A stretch of DNA of 63,628 bases, filler included. It is 6 parts of 6 records of this genome, joined end to end, with 100 filler letters (N's around TTAATTAATTAA, not from the genome) between each part and the next. Parts side by side here need not be neighbours in the genome. Positions count along the whole stretch, not along the records: positions 18,452 to 23,995 come from SRR31156797_12350; positions 24,096 to 32,389 come from SRR31156797_12356; 4 more parts are not named here. The stretch is one strand, 5' to 3'. The position numbers were made by a program, and so were the translations under genes. Under the pieces are notes generated by a model that searched no databases, was not told where the DNA came from, and was given only the letters and a program-made list of their open reading frames with translations. Positions 18,537 to 28,663 of the stretch are shown here, piece by piece. How positions within the stretch are numbered: the first letter of the stretch is position 1; the number at the start of each line of letters is the position of its first letter.

Positions 18537-20978
18537 ATGAGAAGATTAAGTACATTACTGCTTTTGCAGTTGATGGCAATTGCAACGTTTGCGCAATTGA
18601 ATTTAAAAGGCGTTGTAACCGGAAATGGAGAAACTCTGGCAGGTGCCAGTGTAGTAGTTGAAAATACATTTTATGGTACTTCAACTAAAAACGACGGAAG
18701 TTTTGAATTTAAAAACCTGAAAAAAGGAGATTATTTATTAAAGGTTTCTTTTATTGGTTTTGAAACAAAAGAGGTAAAAATGAACCTTGACTCCAATCAG
18801 GAGATACTTATCGAACTCCAGGCGAATGTAATAATGACCGATGAAATACTAATTTCGGCAACGCGGGCAAAAGTCAATACTCCAATGACTTACACAAATA
18901 TTACACAAGATGAACTGGAAAGTAAAAACCTTGGGCAAGACATCCCCTATTTACTTCAGCTAACCCCATCGTTTGTAACAACTTCTGATGCAGGCGCCGG
19001 TGTTGGTTACACCAATTTCAGAATAAGGGGTACCGATTTAAACCGAATAAATGTAAGTATCGACGGAATCCCAATTTCAGAAGCAGAATCGCATGGAACC
19101 TGGTTTGTTGATATTCCAGATCTGGCTTCTTCACTGGAAAATATACAAATACAGCGCGGGGTTGGAACATCGGCTAACGGAGCAGCAGCATTTGGTGGCA
19201 CAATAGATTTACAAACAAACACAATGCAAAAAAATGCTTATGCTGAATATAAAACTGCTTTTGGCTCATTTAACACGTTAAAAAATACCATCTCGGCAGG
19301 AAGTGGTTTGATAAACGGAAAGTTTACATTCGATGCACGCCTTTCAAAAGTAACTTCCGATGGATTCGTTGACCGTGCTTCTTCCGACCTGAAATCATTT
19401 TTTGTTTCCGGTGGTTACTACACTGAAAACACGGTAGTGAAAATTAATGTTTTCTCCGGATTTGAAGAAACATATCAATCGTGGTGGGGAGTTCCTTCTG
19501 TTCGTTTAAATAACGACATGGAAGGAATGCAACGGTATGCCGATCACTGGTTGTATTCGGCAAAACAAACCGAAGAAATGATAAATTCTGACAGCCGTAC
19601 TTATAATTATTACACCTACGACAATCAGGTTGACCACTATCAGCAAGATTATTATCACCTGCACTTTTCACATCAGTTTACCGATAAATTACACTTAAAT
19701 GCAGGTGTACATTACCGCTACGGGCGTGGATATTACGAGAATTTCAAATCGGATGAAGATTATGCCGATTATCAGCTCGACTATCCTGAAATTGGTACTG
19801 AAACCATAAATTCAACAGATTTGGTAAACCGTAAATGGCTCGATAACGATTTCTACGGTTTTGTTTATGCATTAAATTATAAGGGCAAATTAAGTGATTT
19901 TACATTAGGAGGAGGCTGGAATACATACGATGGCGACCACTATGGAAATGTAATTTGGGCTCAGTATATGGGAAATGGAGTTAAAAATCATGAATGGTAC
20001 CGCAGTAATGGGTTAAAAAAAGATTTTAATATTTACAGTAAATATAATGTCTCAATTGCCGAAAATCTAAATCTCTTCACCGACCTGCAATACCGCAGAA
20101 TTGACTACACTATTGATGGAATTGATGACGATTTGAGGGATATTACACAGATTCACAATTTCAACTTTTTTAATCCAAAACTGGGTGTTACTTTTCAGCC
20201 GGGGCCCAATCAGAAAATATTTTTATCGTTTGCAATTGCCAACCGCGAACCTAACCGTAGTAACTATGTAGATGCTGACCCTGCAGGAAAACAACCGGTG
20301 CACGAAACACTTCGCGACTGGGAGATGGGCTATAATTATCAATCGTCGGCTTTTACAATTGGAGCCAATTTATTTTATATGAATTATAAAAATCAATTGG
20401 TACTTACAGGAGAAATTAACGATGTTGGTGCTCCAATAATGGTGAATGTAGATAAAAGTTACAGAACCGGGCTGGAATTACAAACAGGAATGAAAATTAC
20501 AAAAAAATTAAACTGGAATATTAATACAACTTTCAGCCAGAATAAAATAAATAATTTTGTTGAATATGTCGACAACTGGGATACCTGGGGACAGGATGCA
20601 TTAGATTTGGGAACAACTGATCTGGCATTTTCGCCTAATATTACAGGAAATAGTCAGTTGGTTTTTACACCGGTCAGTAATTTAAGTTTCAGCCTTATTT
20701 CTTCGTATGTTGGTAAACAATTTATTGACAATACTTCGGATAATGACCGAATTCTGGATGCCTACTTTGTTAATAACATTGCATTTGATTATTCTTTTAA
20801 AACCGGTTTGTTCCGCGAAATTGCATTGCACCTGCAAGTCAATAACTTATTGAATGAAGAATATGAATCAAATGCATGGGTTTATTCCTACCTTTTGGGT
20901 GGCGAACGTTATAAAATGGATGGTTACTTTCCGCAAGCAGGAACCCATTTTATGATGGGAATAGACTTTAAATTTTAA
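18537..20978 (+). CDS. TonB-dependent receptor, probably thiamine uptake
   Basis: Signal peptide, N-terminal CarboxypepD_reg-like domain, plug (IQIQRG), C-terminal Phe; TPP riboswitch upstream. Confidence 0.9.
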   Translation: MRRLSTLLLLQLMAIATFAQLNLKGVVTGNGETLAGASVVVENTFYGTSTKNDGSFEFKNLKKGDYLLKVSFIGFETKEVKMNLDSNQEILIELQANVIMTDEILISATRAKVNTPMTYTNITQDELESKNLGQDIPYLLQLTPSFVTTSDAGAGVGYTNFRIRGTDLNRINVSIDGIPISEAESHGTWFVDIPDLASSLENIQIQRGVGTSANGAAAFGGTIDLQTNTMQKNAYAEYKTAFGSFNTLKNTISAGSGLINGKFTFDARLSKVTSDGFVDRASSDLKSFFVSGGYYTENTVVKINVFSGFEETYQSWWGVPSVRLNNDMEGMQRYADHWLYSAKQTEEMINSDSRTYNYYTYDNQVDHYQQDYYHLHFSHQFTDKLHLNAGVHYRYGRGYYENFKSDEDYADYQLDYPEIGTETINSTDLVNRKWLDNDFYGFVYALNYKGKLSDFTLGGGWNTYDGDHYGNVIWAQYMGNGVKNHEWYRSNGLKKDFNIYSKYNVSIAENLNLFTDLQYRRIDYTIDGIDDDLRDITQIHNFNFFNPKLGVTFQPGPNQKIFLSFAIANREPNRSNYVDADPAGKQPVHETLRDWEMGYNYQSSAFTIGANLFYMNYKNQLVLTGEINDVGAPIMVNVDKSYRTGLELQTGMKITKKLNWNINTTFSQNKINNFVEYVDNWDTWGQDALDLGTTDLAFSPNITGNSQLVFTPVSNLSFSLISSYVGKQFIDNTSDNDRILDAYFVNNIAFDYSFKTGLFREIALHLQVNNLLNEEYESNAWVYSYLLGGERYKMDGYFPQAGTHFMMGIDFKF

Positions 20979-20983
20979 CTAAA

Positions 20984-21023
20984 AAAAGGATTCTATCCGT
21001 CGGCCGACGGATGGAATCCTTTT
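20984..21023. terminator. bidirectional terminator with a palindromic core
   Basis: AAAAGGATTC-T-ATCCGTCGGCCGACGGAT-G-GAATCCTTTT between convergent genes. Confidence 0.8.
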
Positions 21024-21046
21024 CATTTTTAAACTGGTATAAAAGA

Positions 21047-22177
21047 TTATTCCAGAATTACTTTTCCTTCGATCTCAACCAGCAGGTTATCGCGACAAAT
21101 ATCAGCAATAATATATACTACTGGCAAATCGCCATAATACTTTCTAAACGTTCGTTTAATAGCCGCAAAGTCGCTGCGATTTTTTATATAAACCCGGGCA
21201 TGCCCGTATTTTGTTTCCGTTTGATTGCCTGAAAATCCATTTAAAACTTTCTCCGAATATAAACGCTGAATATTCTGAATAGTAACTTCTGTTTGTTCTG
21301 TTGGGTCATCAATACCAATGGTTTTCTCACCAACAATAGAAGCAGTTCCTGAAATAAAAATAAGTTTTTTACCAAATAGTTCGAGAAAACGTGCCCGTTC
21401 AAATTTTGGTGTTGTTTTCAAAACACATTCGTCGCCAACCAGAACATTTTCACTGTAATTATGTGCTGCAATTTGTTCCGGATTATCAACCGGTTGAGTT
21501 TTTGCTTCCGCAGATTTTACAGCAACAAATTCAATAATTACTCCCCCACGGTTCATCCCGATTCCTGTTGCAGCCGGAAATCCGGTTTTATCAAAAGCAT
21601 TTCCATAAAAGTTTGAACGAACATTATTAAACTCCTGATAACGCTGTTCTTCTCCATCGAAACCTAAAATATCTTCCAAATAATTCCACTGACGTACTAT
21701 TGAATTTACAGGAAATTGAAACTTATTAAACAGTTTTTCAAGCTCCGAAAAAGCTTTTTCTGAATTTGTTTTACAATCGGCACCCAAATTTGCATGAACA
21801 TTTCCTACTAATATTTCGGTATCTCCTCTGCGAAACAGAATTGCTGAACTATTACCATTCGGAGCAAATTCCGAATTCCACAACGAATAATCATAAAAGA
21901 AAGCTTCTACAATAATTTTACAGGTAAGTGGTGGTTGCGCAAAAAAACTGATAATTATCTTTTCTGAAATTTGTTCCTGAACCTGCTGAGTTACATTTTC
22001 TAATAATTTAGAATATGAATCATTTGATTTAGTGTCAACAAAAAAATTCAGCTTAAAAATTTTTCTACCTGAATTAATTTTTTTAAGCTGCTTCATACAA
22101 CTTGTTATCTGCAAGTCGATGTTGCTGCAACTTTGTTCAGGTTTAATATATAGTCGATCTCCGTTTAAAAAATACAT
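21047..22177 (-). CDS. FkbO/Hyg5-family (chorismatase-like, tandem RidA fold) protein
   Basis: VRQWNY, RYQEFN, PAATGIG, PKFERA, ISGTASIVG and ADICRDNLLVEIEG. Confidence 0.8.
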   Translation of the reverse strand: MYFLNGDRLYIKPEQSCSNIDLQITSCMKQLKKINSGRKIFKLNFFVDTKSNDSYSKLLENVTQQVQEQISEKIIISFFAQPPLTCKIIVEAFFYDYSLWNSEFAPNGNSSAILFRRGDTEILVGNVHANLGADCKTNSEKAFSELEKLFNKFQFPVNSIVRQWNYLEDILGFDGEEQRYQEFNNVRSNFYGNAFDKTGFPAATGIGMNRGGVIIEFVAVKSAEAKTQPVDNPEQIAAHNYSENVLVGDECVLKTTPKFERARFLELFGKKLIFISGTASIVGEKTIGIDDPTEQTEVTIQNIQRLYSEKVLNGFSGNQTETKYGHARVYIKNRSDFAAIKRTFRKYYGDLPVVYIIADICRDNLLVEIEGKVILE

Positions 22178-22340
22178 CCCAGCTCCTTTTCAATAAAGCG
22201 TACAAATATGCTTGTTTTTTTTGTGAAAAAAAAGAACTTATTCAAAAACAGTTAATATTCCCGTTATTCACAAAATACTTGTGTTGAATTTATGAAAAAT
22301 ACTTAAAAAAACAAACCAACTAACAAACATTTGTTCATTA

Positions 22341-23021
22341 TCAATATTTATCCTTCCCTATTTCTCCATGAAGAACCGCTTCTGTTGAACCAATTCCCAA
22401 CCGGTCGGCACCCTGCTCTAAAAAAGCCACGGCAGTATTCCAGTCTCGAATTCCTCCCGAGGGTTTTATCTTCATTTCACCTCCAACGGTTTTTAGCATA
22501 ACATCTATATATTCAGGTTTTGCTCCACCTGGTCCAAAACCGGTTGATGTTTTCACAAAATCGGCACCTGCTTCGTACGAAAGCACACAAGCTTTGGCAA
22601 TTTGATCCAATGTTAAATGCCCGCTTTCCTGAATTACTTTAACAATAATTCCATGCTCATGTGCAACATCAACAACAGCTTTTATGTCGTTTTTCACATA
22701 CTCAAAATCGCCCGAAAGAAATTTCCCGATGTTCATAACCATATCAATTTCATCGGTTCCATCGTCAATTGCCTGTTTTGCCTGAAACGCTTTTACCAAA
22801 GTTGCATCGGCGCCATGCGGGAAACTTAGAACACACGAAACTTTTACATCACTGTTTTTTAACAGCTCAGCTGCCAATTTTATATCGCAGGGTTTTACAC
22901 ACATGCTAAACACTCCGTTTTCAATACACATTTTTGCATTTTCTTCAAGGTCGGAAGTGGTTTGTTCGGGCTTTAAAACCGCATGATCTATTGTTTTTGC
23001 AACCTGTTCTTTTGTATACAT
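22341..23021 (-). CDS. deoC: deoxyribose-phosphate aldolase
   Basis: IDHAVLKP, FPHG, EIDMV, FVKTSTGF and KPSGGIR. Confidence 0.95.
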   Translation of the reverse strand: MYTKEQVAKTIDHAVLKPEQTTSDLEENAKMCIENGVFSMCVKPCDIKLAAELLKNSDVKVSCVLSFPHGADATLVKAFQAKQAIDDGTDEIDMVMNIGKFLSGDFEYVKNDIKAVVDVAHEHGIIVKVIQESGHLTLDQIAKACVLSYEAGADFVKTSTGFGPGGAKPEYIDVMLKTVGGEMKIKPSGGIRDWNTAVAFLEQGADRLGIGSTEAVLHGEIGKDKY

Positions 23022-23032
23022 AATCTACGTTT

Positions 23033-23233
23033 TTAATCTTCCATTTCTTTTAGAATCTGCTCAACCTGCACATTGGTTTTTTGTAGTTTTTCTTTGCAAA
23101 TTTTAAGCAAAACCGAAACTCGTTTTACTTTATCAGCCAATTCATCAACGTCGAGTTCTTCGTTTTCAATTTTTTCTAAAATCTCTTCAATTTCAGAAAT
23201 TGCCTCGTTGTAAGAAACTTTTTTAGTGGCCAT
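23033..23233 (-). CDS. xseB: exodeoxyribonuclease VII small subunit
   Basis: SYNEAISEIEEILEKIEN...LDVD pattern; follows xseA. Confidence 0.92.
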   Translation of the reverse strand: MATKKVSYNEAISEIEEILEKIENEELDVDELADKVKRVSVLLKICKEKLQKTNVQVEQILKEMED

Positions 23234-23995
23234 TATTTCTCCTTTTTTGTAATTATACTTTCTATTTTCCCATCAGTAAAATGAGTTTCAATAGTTTCAT
23301 TTACTGTAACATCATTCACCGATTTAACTATTTTCCCTTTTTTCAAAGTTAATGTATATCCTCGTTTCAAAACATTTTCGGGATTCAATAATCGAACTGT
23401 ATTTTCATTTAAATGAATTCTTTCAGATTCTTTTTGCAAATAGTTTTTTACTGCTTTTTCGGAAGTCTGTTTTAAATAAAAAATAGTAGATTTTTCTTTT
23501 AACAAATTTTCGTTTACAACTCTTTTTAGCATCCTTTTTTTCTGGTTAAAACGATTTTCTTTTTTTAATGTCCATACAGAAACAGTCGATTTTAATTCGT
23601 GTGAAAAGTTATTTAACTCCACATTTCTTTGAAATGAATATTGTTTTATATTTTGTTGAAATTTATTTCCTTTTCGGATTAGGTGAATATTCTTTTCATT
23701 GATATATCCTGAAACCGTGTGATTCAAATTTTCTACAAATCTATCCAATTGTATATGTTCATCATCGAGTTTCTCACGGGTTAATTGAACTACATCATTT
23801 TCAAGTTGAATTAATTTTTCATAAAAACTTTCTACTCCGTAAATTAAAAATTCAGCCACAGCTGTTGGGGTTTTCATACGCGTGTGTGCTACTAAATCGA
23901 TAATTGTATCGTCTTTTTCGTGACCAATTCCGGTAATTACCGGTAAAGGGAATTGTGTAATATTTATAGCCAAATCGTAATTATCGAAACTACTT
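23233..23995 (-). CDS. xseA: exodeoxyribonuclease VII large subunit, C-terminal part
   Basis: PVITGIGHEKD, TPTAVAE and LNPENVLKRGY. Confidence 0.93.
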
Positions 23996-24095
23996 NNNNN
24001 NNNNNNNNNNNNNNNNNNNNNNNNNNNNNNNNNNNNNNNTTAATTAATTAANNNNNNNNNNNNNNNNNNNNNNNNNNNNNNNNNNNNNNNNNNNN
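23996..24095. other. artificial contig linker
   Basis: N44-TTAATTAATTAA-N44. Confidence 0.98.
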
Positions 24096-24168
24096 TTGGG
24101 AAAACTCTTGACATATTTCCCCATCGTTTCATTTTTGCTGCTTTTCTATACTCAAAAGCTCTACCCAT
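24096..24168 (-). CDS. yebC: YebC/PmpR family protein, N-terminal fragment (not in the ORF track)
   Basis: Translates as MGRAFEYRKAAKMKRWGNMSRVFP, the characteristic YebC N-terminus of this clade. Confidence 0.85.
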
Positions 24169-24225
24169 ACTTTACCTCTTTACCTTTAATTTTGTAAAAT
24201 TTTACCATAAGTTCCTAATATTTAC

Positions 24226-24804
24226 TTATATAGACTTCATAAATATAGCCAAAGCAAGCCTATCTTTAAGCTCAAGTTTTGTAAAAATACTACTAATATG
24301 CTTCTTTACAGTAACTACTTGAACCCCTAAATACTCAGCTATCTCTTTATTAGAATACCCTTTTGCAACAAGATATGCCACCTCTTGCTCTTTATATGTT
24401 AAAGTCTCCACTTTGCTTTTATCTTGATTTACATCTTTAGATACATCAATCTTTTCAATGATAAAGTTTAATAGATCTGGATATAACCATACATTTCCAC
24501 TAGCAACTGTTAATAGTGCATGTTTTACTACAGGAGATTCTGTGTCTTTACTAATATAACTTTTACACCCAATCTTTATGAGATACGCCCCATATTCAAG
24601 TCTAGGATCACTTGTAAAAACAACTGTTTTTAAGCTCTTTGGTATCTTTAAAAAGTATTCTTCGACTTTATTGATATTCTCAAATCTATCAATATCTAAA
24701 AGTAAAATATCCTCACTTTTAAATGTATCTTGATAGTTTCCATCAACTATTCTTTCCCCTTCAACTTTCTCAAAATAGCTATCATTAGAATCAATATAAA
24801 TCAT
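24226..24804 (-). CDS. NarL/LuxR-type regulator with a shortened receiver domain
   Basis: LLLDID; LTYKEQEV...GYSNKEIA...TVKKHISSIFTKL HTH. Confidence 0.88.
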   Translation of the reverse strand: MIYIDSNDSYFEKVEGERIVDGNYQDTFKSEDILLLDIDRFENINKVEEYFLKIPKSLKTVVFTSDPRLEYGAYLIKIGCKSYISKDTESPVVKHALLTVASGNVWLYPDLLNFIIEKIDVSKDVNQDKSKVETLTYKEQEVAYLVAKGYSNKEIAEYLGVQVVTVKKHISSIFTKLELKDRLALAIFMKSI

Positions 24805-24807
24805 CTT

Positions 24808-26493
24808 TTACTCTCTTTGGGTTGTTTTTAGGATAGGTTTAAGTAAAAATGACATAATTGTTTTTTTACCAACTAAAACATCTGCACTCACTGTCATACC
24901 AACTTTGATCTTGTATTTTTCATCATCTGAGAGATAATTTTTATCAGTCTTTACATAGATTAAAAAATGATCTTCATTGGTATCTTTATCAGTGATTGTA
25001 TCTGGAGAAATGTTCACAATCTTTCCTTCAAGATCTCCATAGATCGAATAATCAAATGCAGTAACTTTTAATTTTACAGGTTGACCAATATGTAACTTTG
25101 CAATCTCTTCTGGCTTGATTTTCACTTCAGCTAACATCTCTTGAGTATCTGGGACAATAGTCATCAATTCAGCTGAAGACTCTACAGAGGTTCCTATAGT
25201 ATGTACAAACAATTCTTTTACTGTACCTCCAACTGGAGATCTTACAATAGTTCTTTGAATAACATCTTCAAGATTTTTCTTTGTTTCTTTTAACCTTAAT
25301 ATCTCTGATACAACTTCATTATATTGAGTAGAGGCTTTGTTTCTAAAATTTAATCGTACCTCTTCAATACTATTTTTAACCTCTTCTTGTTGTGTTTTGA
25401 TCTGGACGATCATCTCTTTTGCACTATTTTGAGCTACTCTAGCATCATTGAGTTCTCGTTCAAGATTTGTCAACTCATATTTTGTAAAAACCTTTTGCTT
25501 CTCAAGCTGTTTTTTTACTTTAAACTCTGCAGCTAAACTATTATAGTTTTTTCGGGAATTCTTATATTTTGCCTCAGCATCTATAAGTTCACTCTCTTTA
25601 GATTTTAATTGTTCTTGAAGTTTTAATACTTTTTGATTTAACTCCTCTTTATTACTAAAAAAAAGTTTTTTCTCTAGTTCTAAAAGCTCTTTATCACACT
25701 CCCCTTCACATGAAATTCTATCTAATGGAATACCTGAAGATTCTGCTTTTAAACGAGCAAGTTTTGTCTCTAACTCCATAATTCTGATACGATTTTCATC
25801 AAGTTTTGTTTGATGTGATAAGGGACTAAACTTTAATAAAACCTGACCTTTTTTTACCACATCTCCCTCAGATACTAAAATATGGGAGACTATTCCCCCT
25901 TCATAATTTCGTATGCTTTGTACCTTTGAAGTTGGAATAAACTGACCTGATCCACGGGCAAGTTCATCAATTTTAAAACTTACCGAATAGATCAAAAACA
26001 AAAAGATAAAAGCAACAACAAGCTTAACTACCATACTTACTTTATTTGAAACAGTATCAAGGACAGCTGCACTTGTAGTAGATACAAACCCTAAAGCACT
26101 TTTATCGATTTTTTCTCTTGAGAACATTTTTACTTGGAGTTTATGAAGTAGTTTTTCATTGGTGATATCTTTAATGATAAAAACAAAGCCACTATGCATC
26201 CCATCGGTAATCATTGGGTGTATGGTTGAGTGGGTTTGTACCTCTTGGGCGTTGATAGTTGTTAGAGTAAGCTCAGTTCCCCACTCTTGTCCATCATTAT
26301 TTTTAACATACTCGCACCCATTATAAAGTTTTGTCTCTGAACTATGTTCAACTATTGTTGTAAAACTTTTCCCTTTTAATGTCTCATTGGAATACCCTAA
26401 AATATCTGAAAGTGCTTTACTGATCTCAACTACTTCAAGATTTTCATCAACTACACAAAAAGGTAAATATTCATAGGCTAATTGACTTATCAT
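24808..26493 (-). CDS. HlyD-family T1SS membrane fusion protein with an N-terminal PAS domain
   Basis: aa 1-115 PAS (VVDENLEV..ISKALSDILGYS..LKGK...IIKDIT), then TM, IDELARGSG, EGGIV, RSPVGGTV and AFDYSIYG. Confidence 0.9.
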   Translation of the reverse strand: MISQLAYEYLPFCVVDENLEVVEISKALSDILGYSNETLKGKSFTTIVEHSSETKLYNGCEYVKNNDGQEWGTELTLTTINAQEVQTHSTIHPMITDGMHSGFVFIIKDITNEKLLHKLQVKMFSREKIDKSALGFVSTTSAAVLDTVSNKVSMVVKLVVAFIFLFLIYSVSFKIDELARGSGQFIPTSKVQSIRNYEGGIVSHILVSEGDVVKKGQVLLKFSPLSHQTKLDENRIRIMELETKLARLKAESSGIPLDRISCEGECDKELLELEKKLFFSNKEELNQKVLKLQEQLKSKESELIDAEAKYKNSRKNYNSLAAEFKVKKQLEKQKVFTKYELTNLERELNDARVAQNSAKEMIVQIKTQQEEVKNSIEEVRLNFRNKASTQYNEVVSEILRLKETKKNLEDVIQRTIVRSPVGGTVKELFVHTIGTSVESSAELMTIVPDTQEMLAEVKIKPEEIAKLHIGQPVKLKVTAFDYSIYGDLEGKIVNISPDTITDKDTNEDHFLIYVKTDKNYLSDDEKYKIKVGMTVSADVLVGKKTIMSFLLKPILKTTQRE

Positions 26494-28661
26494 GCTCGTT
26501 TCCCATTTAATTTATCTAACACCTCTTGTTTTGGACCATCCATAATGATCTTTCCGCTATCCATAACAATAATACGATCAACCAACGCAAGGTCTGCAGG
26601 CGTATGGGTAATTAAAATAAGTGTCTTTTTTGCTAAAACCTCTTTTAAGTTATTAAGAACTCTTTTACTTGTCCCACTATCAAAAGATTTTGTAGGCTCA
26701 TCTAAAATAAATAAAGCACTATCATCAATAACTGTTCTTGCTAATGATATGGCTTGCGCTTGTCCCCCTGATAGGTTTTCCCCTTTTTCTACAATCGGCA
26801 ATTCAAACCCTTGGGGGTGTTTATTGATAAAATCACTTGCACAACTAATTTGAGCTGCACGTAACAACTCTTCATCACTTGCTTTATGTTTTTTAAGTAA
26901 TATATTACTTCGTGCAGTCCCTGAAAAAAGTGAAATATCTTGTGACATATAAGAGATGTTTGACCTTATCTCTACAGGGTCTATCTGTTTTACATCGATT
27001 CCATCAATTAATACTGAACCCTCATCTTGATGATAAAAGCCTAAAAGAAGCTTTTGAAGTGTACTTTTTCCACTTCCCACTTTTCCTAATATTGCTACCT
27101 TTTCACCCTCTTTTATACGAAGATTAATATCAAGTAATTGTTTAAAATCTGTCCCAGGATAGCCAAATGTAACATGCCTAAATTCAATATTTCCTTTAAA
27201 TGCAGGACGTCTAACAAACTGCTTATCACTTGGATGCTCCGCTTCAAGGTTCATAACATTTTCAATCGAATCATATGCAGACCGTACATGCTGATAGTAT
27301 GCGATCATACCAGCAACTTGTCCCATAGGTCCAAGAGCCCTACCAGATAAGATAACACTTGCAATAAGTGCACCAATAGTAAGCTCTTGAGCATCAATCA
27401 TATATGCACCAAAGATAATAAGAAGTACGGTATTTAACTGTGTAACAAATCCTGACACTGTCCCAATTGCAGCAGAAAGTGTTTTGGTTTTAATCCCTTT
27501 TTCTGCGATCTCACCAGTTGCCTCTTCCCATTTATATTGATAAAAACTTAAAGCATTTAAAGATTTTAAAGCTTCAAGGTTTGAAATTGCTTCAATTAAA
27601 ACACCATTTTTCAAACTCGCTGCCCCTGAAGTTGCTTTAACGCTTTCTAACATCTTATCTTTAATACTATACGTATATACTATTACTATCAACATTGAAA
27701 CAACTGTTACCCATACTAAATGACCTGATACAAAATAGATCGTAAAAAGAAAAATAAAAACAAAAGGGATATCAATAAATAAAGTAATCGTCGTTGAAGA
27801 CATAAAACTTCTTAAAGATTCAAACTCTTTTAATACATTTGCAAAAGATCCAATTGGTTTTGGAATGGCAGAAATTTTGAGATCCATTACCTGCTCAAAA
27901 ATAATTGAAGACATAATAATATCTGATTTTTTCCCTGCAATCTCAAGTAAATAGGTCCTTAAAAAGCGAAGACCTAGATCGATCATATAGACGACCACAA
28001 CTCCAAGAGCAAAGATCCAAAGGGTATTAAATGCACCTGTGGGAATAACCCTATCATATACATTCATGGTAAAAATAGGAGTGGCGATCATAAATAAGTT
28101 GATCACCAAAGAAGCTAAAAGAACATCTTTATAGATATATTTAATAGTATGGATCGTATCCCAAAACCAGTGTTTATCTTTATTGTCTATTAGTTTAAAA
28201 TCTTCCGATTCAAAGCGATACTCTTTTTTAAGAAAAAATGCTAACCCAAAATACTCTTTTTTAAGATCTTCAATAGGAACTTTACTAACAATCTCCCCTG
28301 CTTCAGGAAATATCACATAAGCATTTTCTCTTAGTTCATCATAAGATTCAATAATACAAGCATTTACCTCTGTAGGATCATCAGTTTTTAAAAGTATTAT
28401 ACAAGGAAGGATCAAACTACTGATATCTTCTAGATCAATTTTGCTTATTTTAGTTTTGAAACCTGCTTTATGAGCTGCTCTACTAAAAAGTGCTCTTGAA
28501 GAGTTCGCTTTTACTGAGAAAAGCTTAGGTGCAGTTTGCCCCTCTTCAATAGGAAGACCTTCACTTAAAACCTCCCTACTATATCTTTTTCCATGAAGTT
28601 TGGTAAAAACTACTAATGCATCAAGAATTGATCCTGGAATATATCTTCTATATTGTCCCAA
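26490..28661 (-). CDS. type I secretion ABC permease/ATPase (LapB/LssB-like, C39-like domain)
   Basis: PIFTMNVYDRV, GKVGSGKST, LSGGQ and LDEPT. Confidence 0.93.
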   Translation of the reverse strand: MGQYRRYIPGSILDALVVFTKLHGKRYSREVLSEGLPIEEGQTAPKLFSVKANSSRALFSRAAHKAGFKTKISKIDLEDISSLILPCIILLKTDDPTEVNACIIESYDELRENAYVIFPEAGEIVSKVPIEDLKKEYFGLAFFLKKEYRFESEDFKLIDNKDKHWFWDTIHTIKYIYKDVLLASLVINLFMIATPIFTMNVYDRVIPTGAFNTLWIFALGVVVVYMIDLGLRFLRTYLLEIAGKKSDIIMSSIIFEQVMDLKISAIPKPIGSFANVLKEFESLRSFMSSTTITLFIDIPFVFIFLFTIYFVSGHLVWVTVVSMLIVIVYTYSIKDKMLESVKATSGAASLKNGVLIEAISNLEALKSLNALSFYQYKWEEATGEIAEKGIKTKTLSAAIGTVSGFVTQLNTVLLIIFGAYMIDAQELTIGALIASVILSGRALGPMGQVAGMIAYYQHVRSAYDSIENVMNLEAEHPSDKQFVRRPAFKGNIEFRHVTFGYPGTDFKQLLDINLRIKEGEKVAILGKVGSGKSTLQKLLLGFYHQDEGSVLIDGIDVKQIDPVEIRSNISYMSQDISLFSGTARSNILLKKHKASDEELLRAAQISCASDFINKHPQGFELPIVEKGENLSGGQAQAISLARTVIDDSALFILDEPTKSFDSGTSKRVLNNLKEVLAKKTLILITHTPADLALVDRIIVMDSGKIIMDGPKQEVLDKLNGKRA

Positions 28662-28663
28662 TG

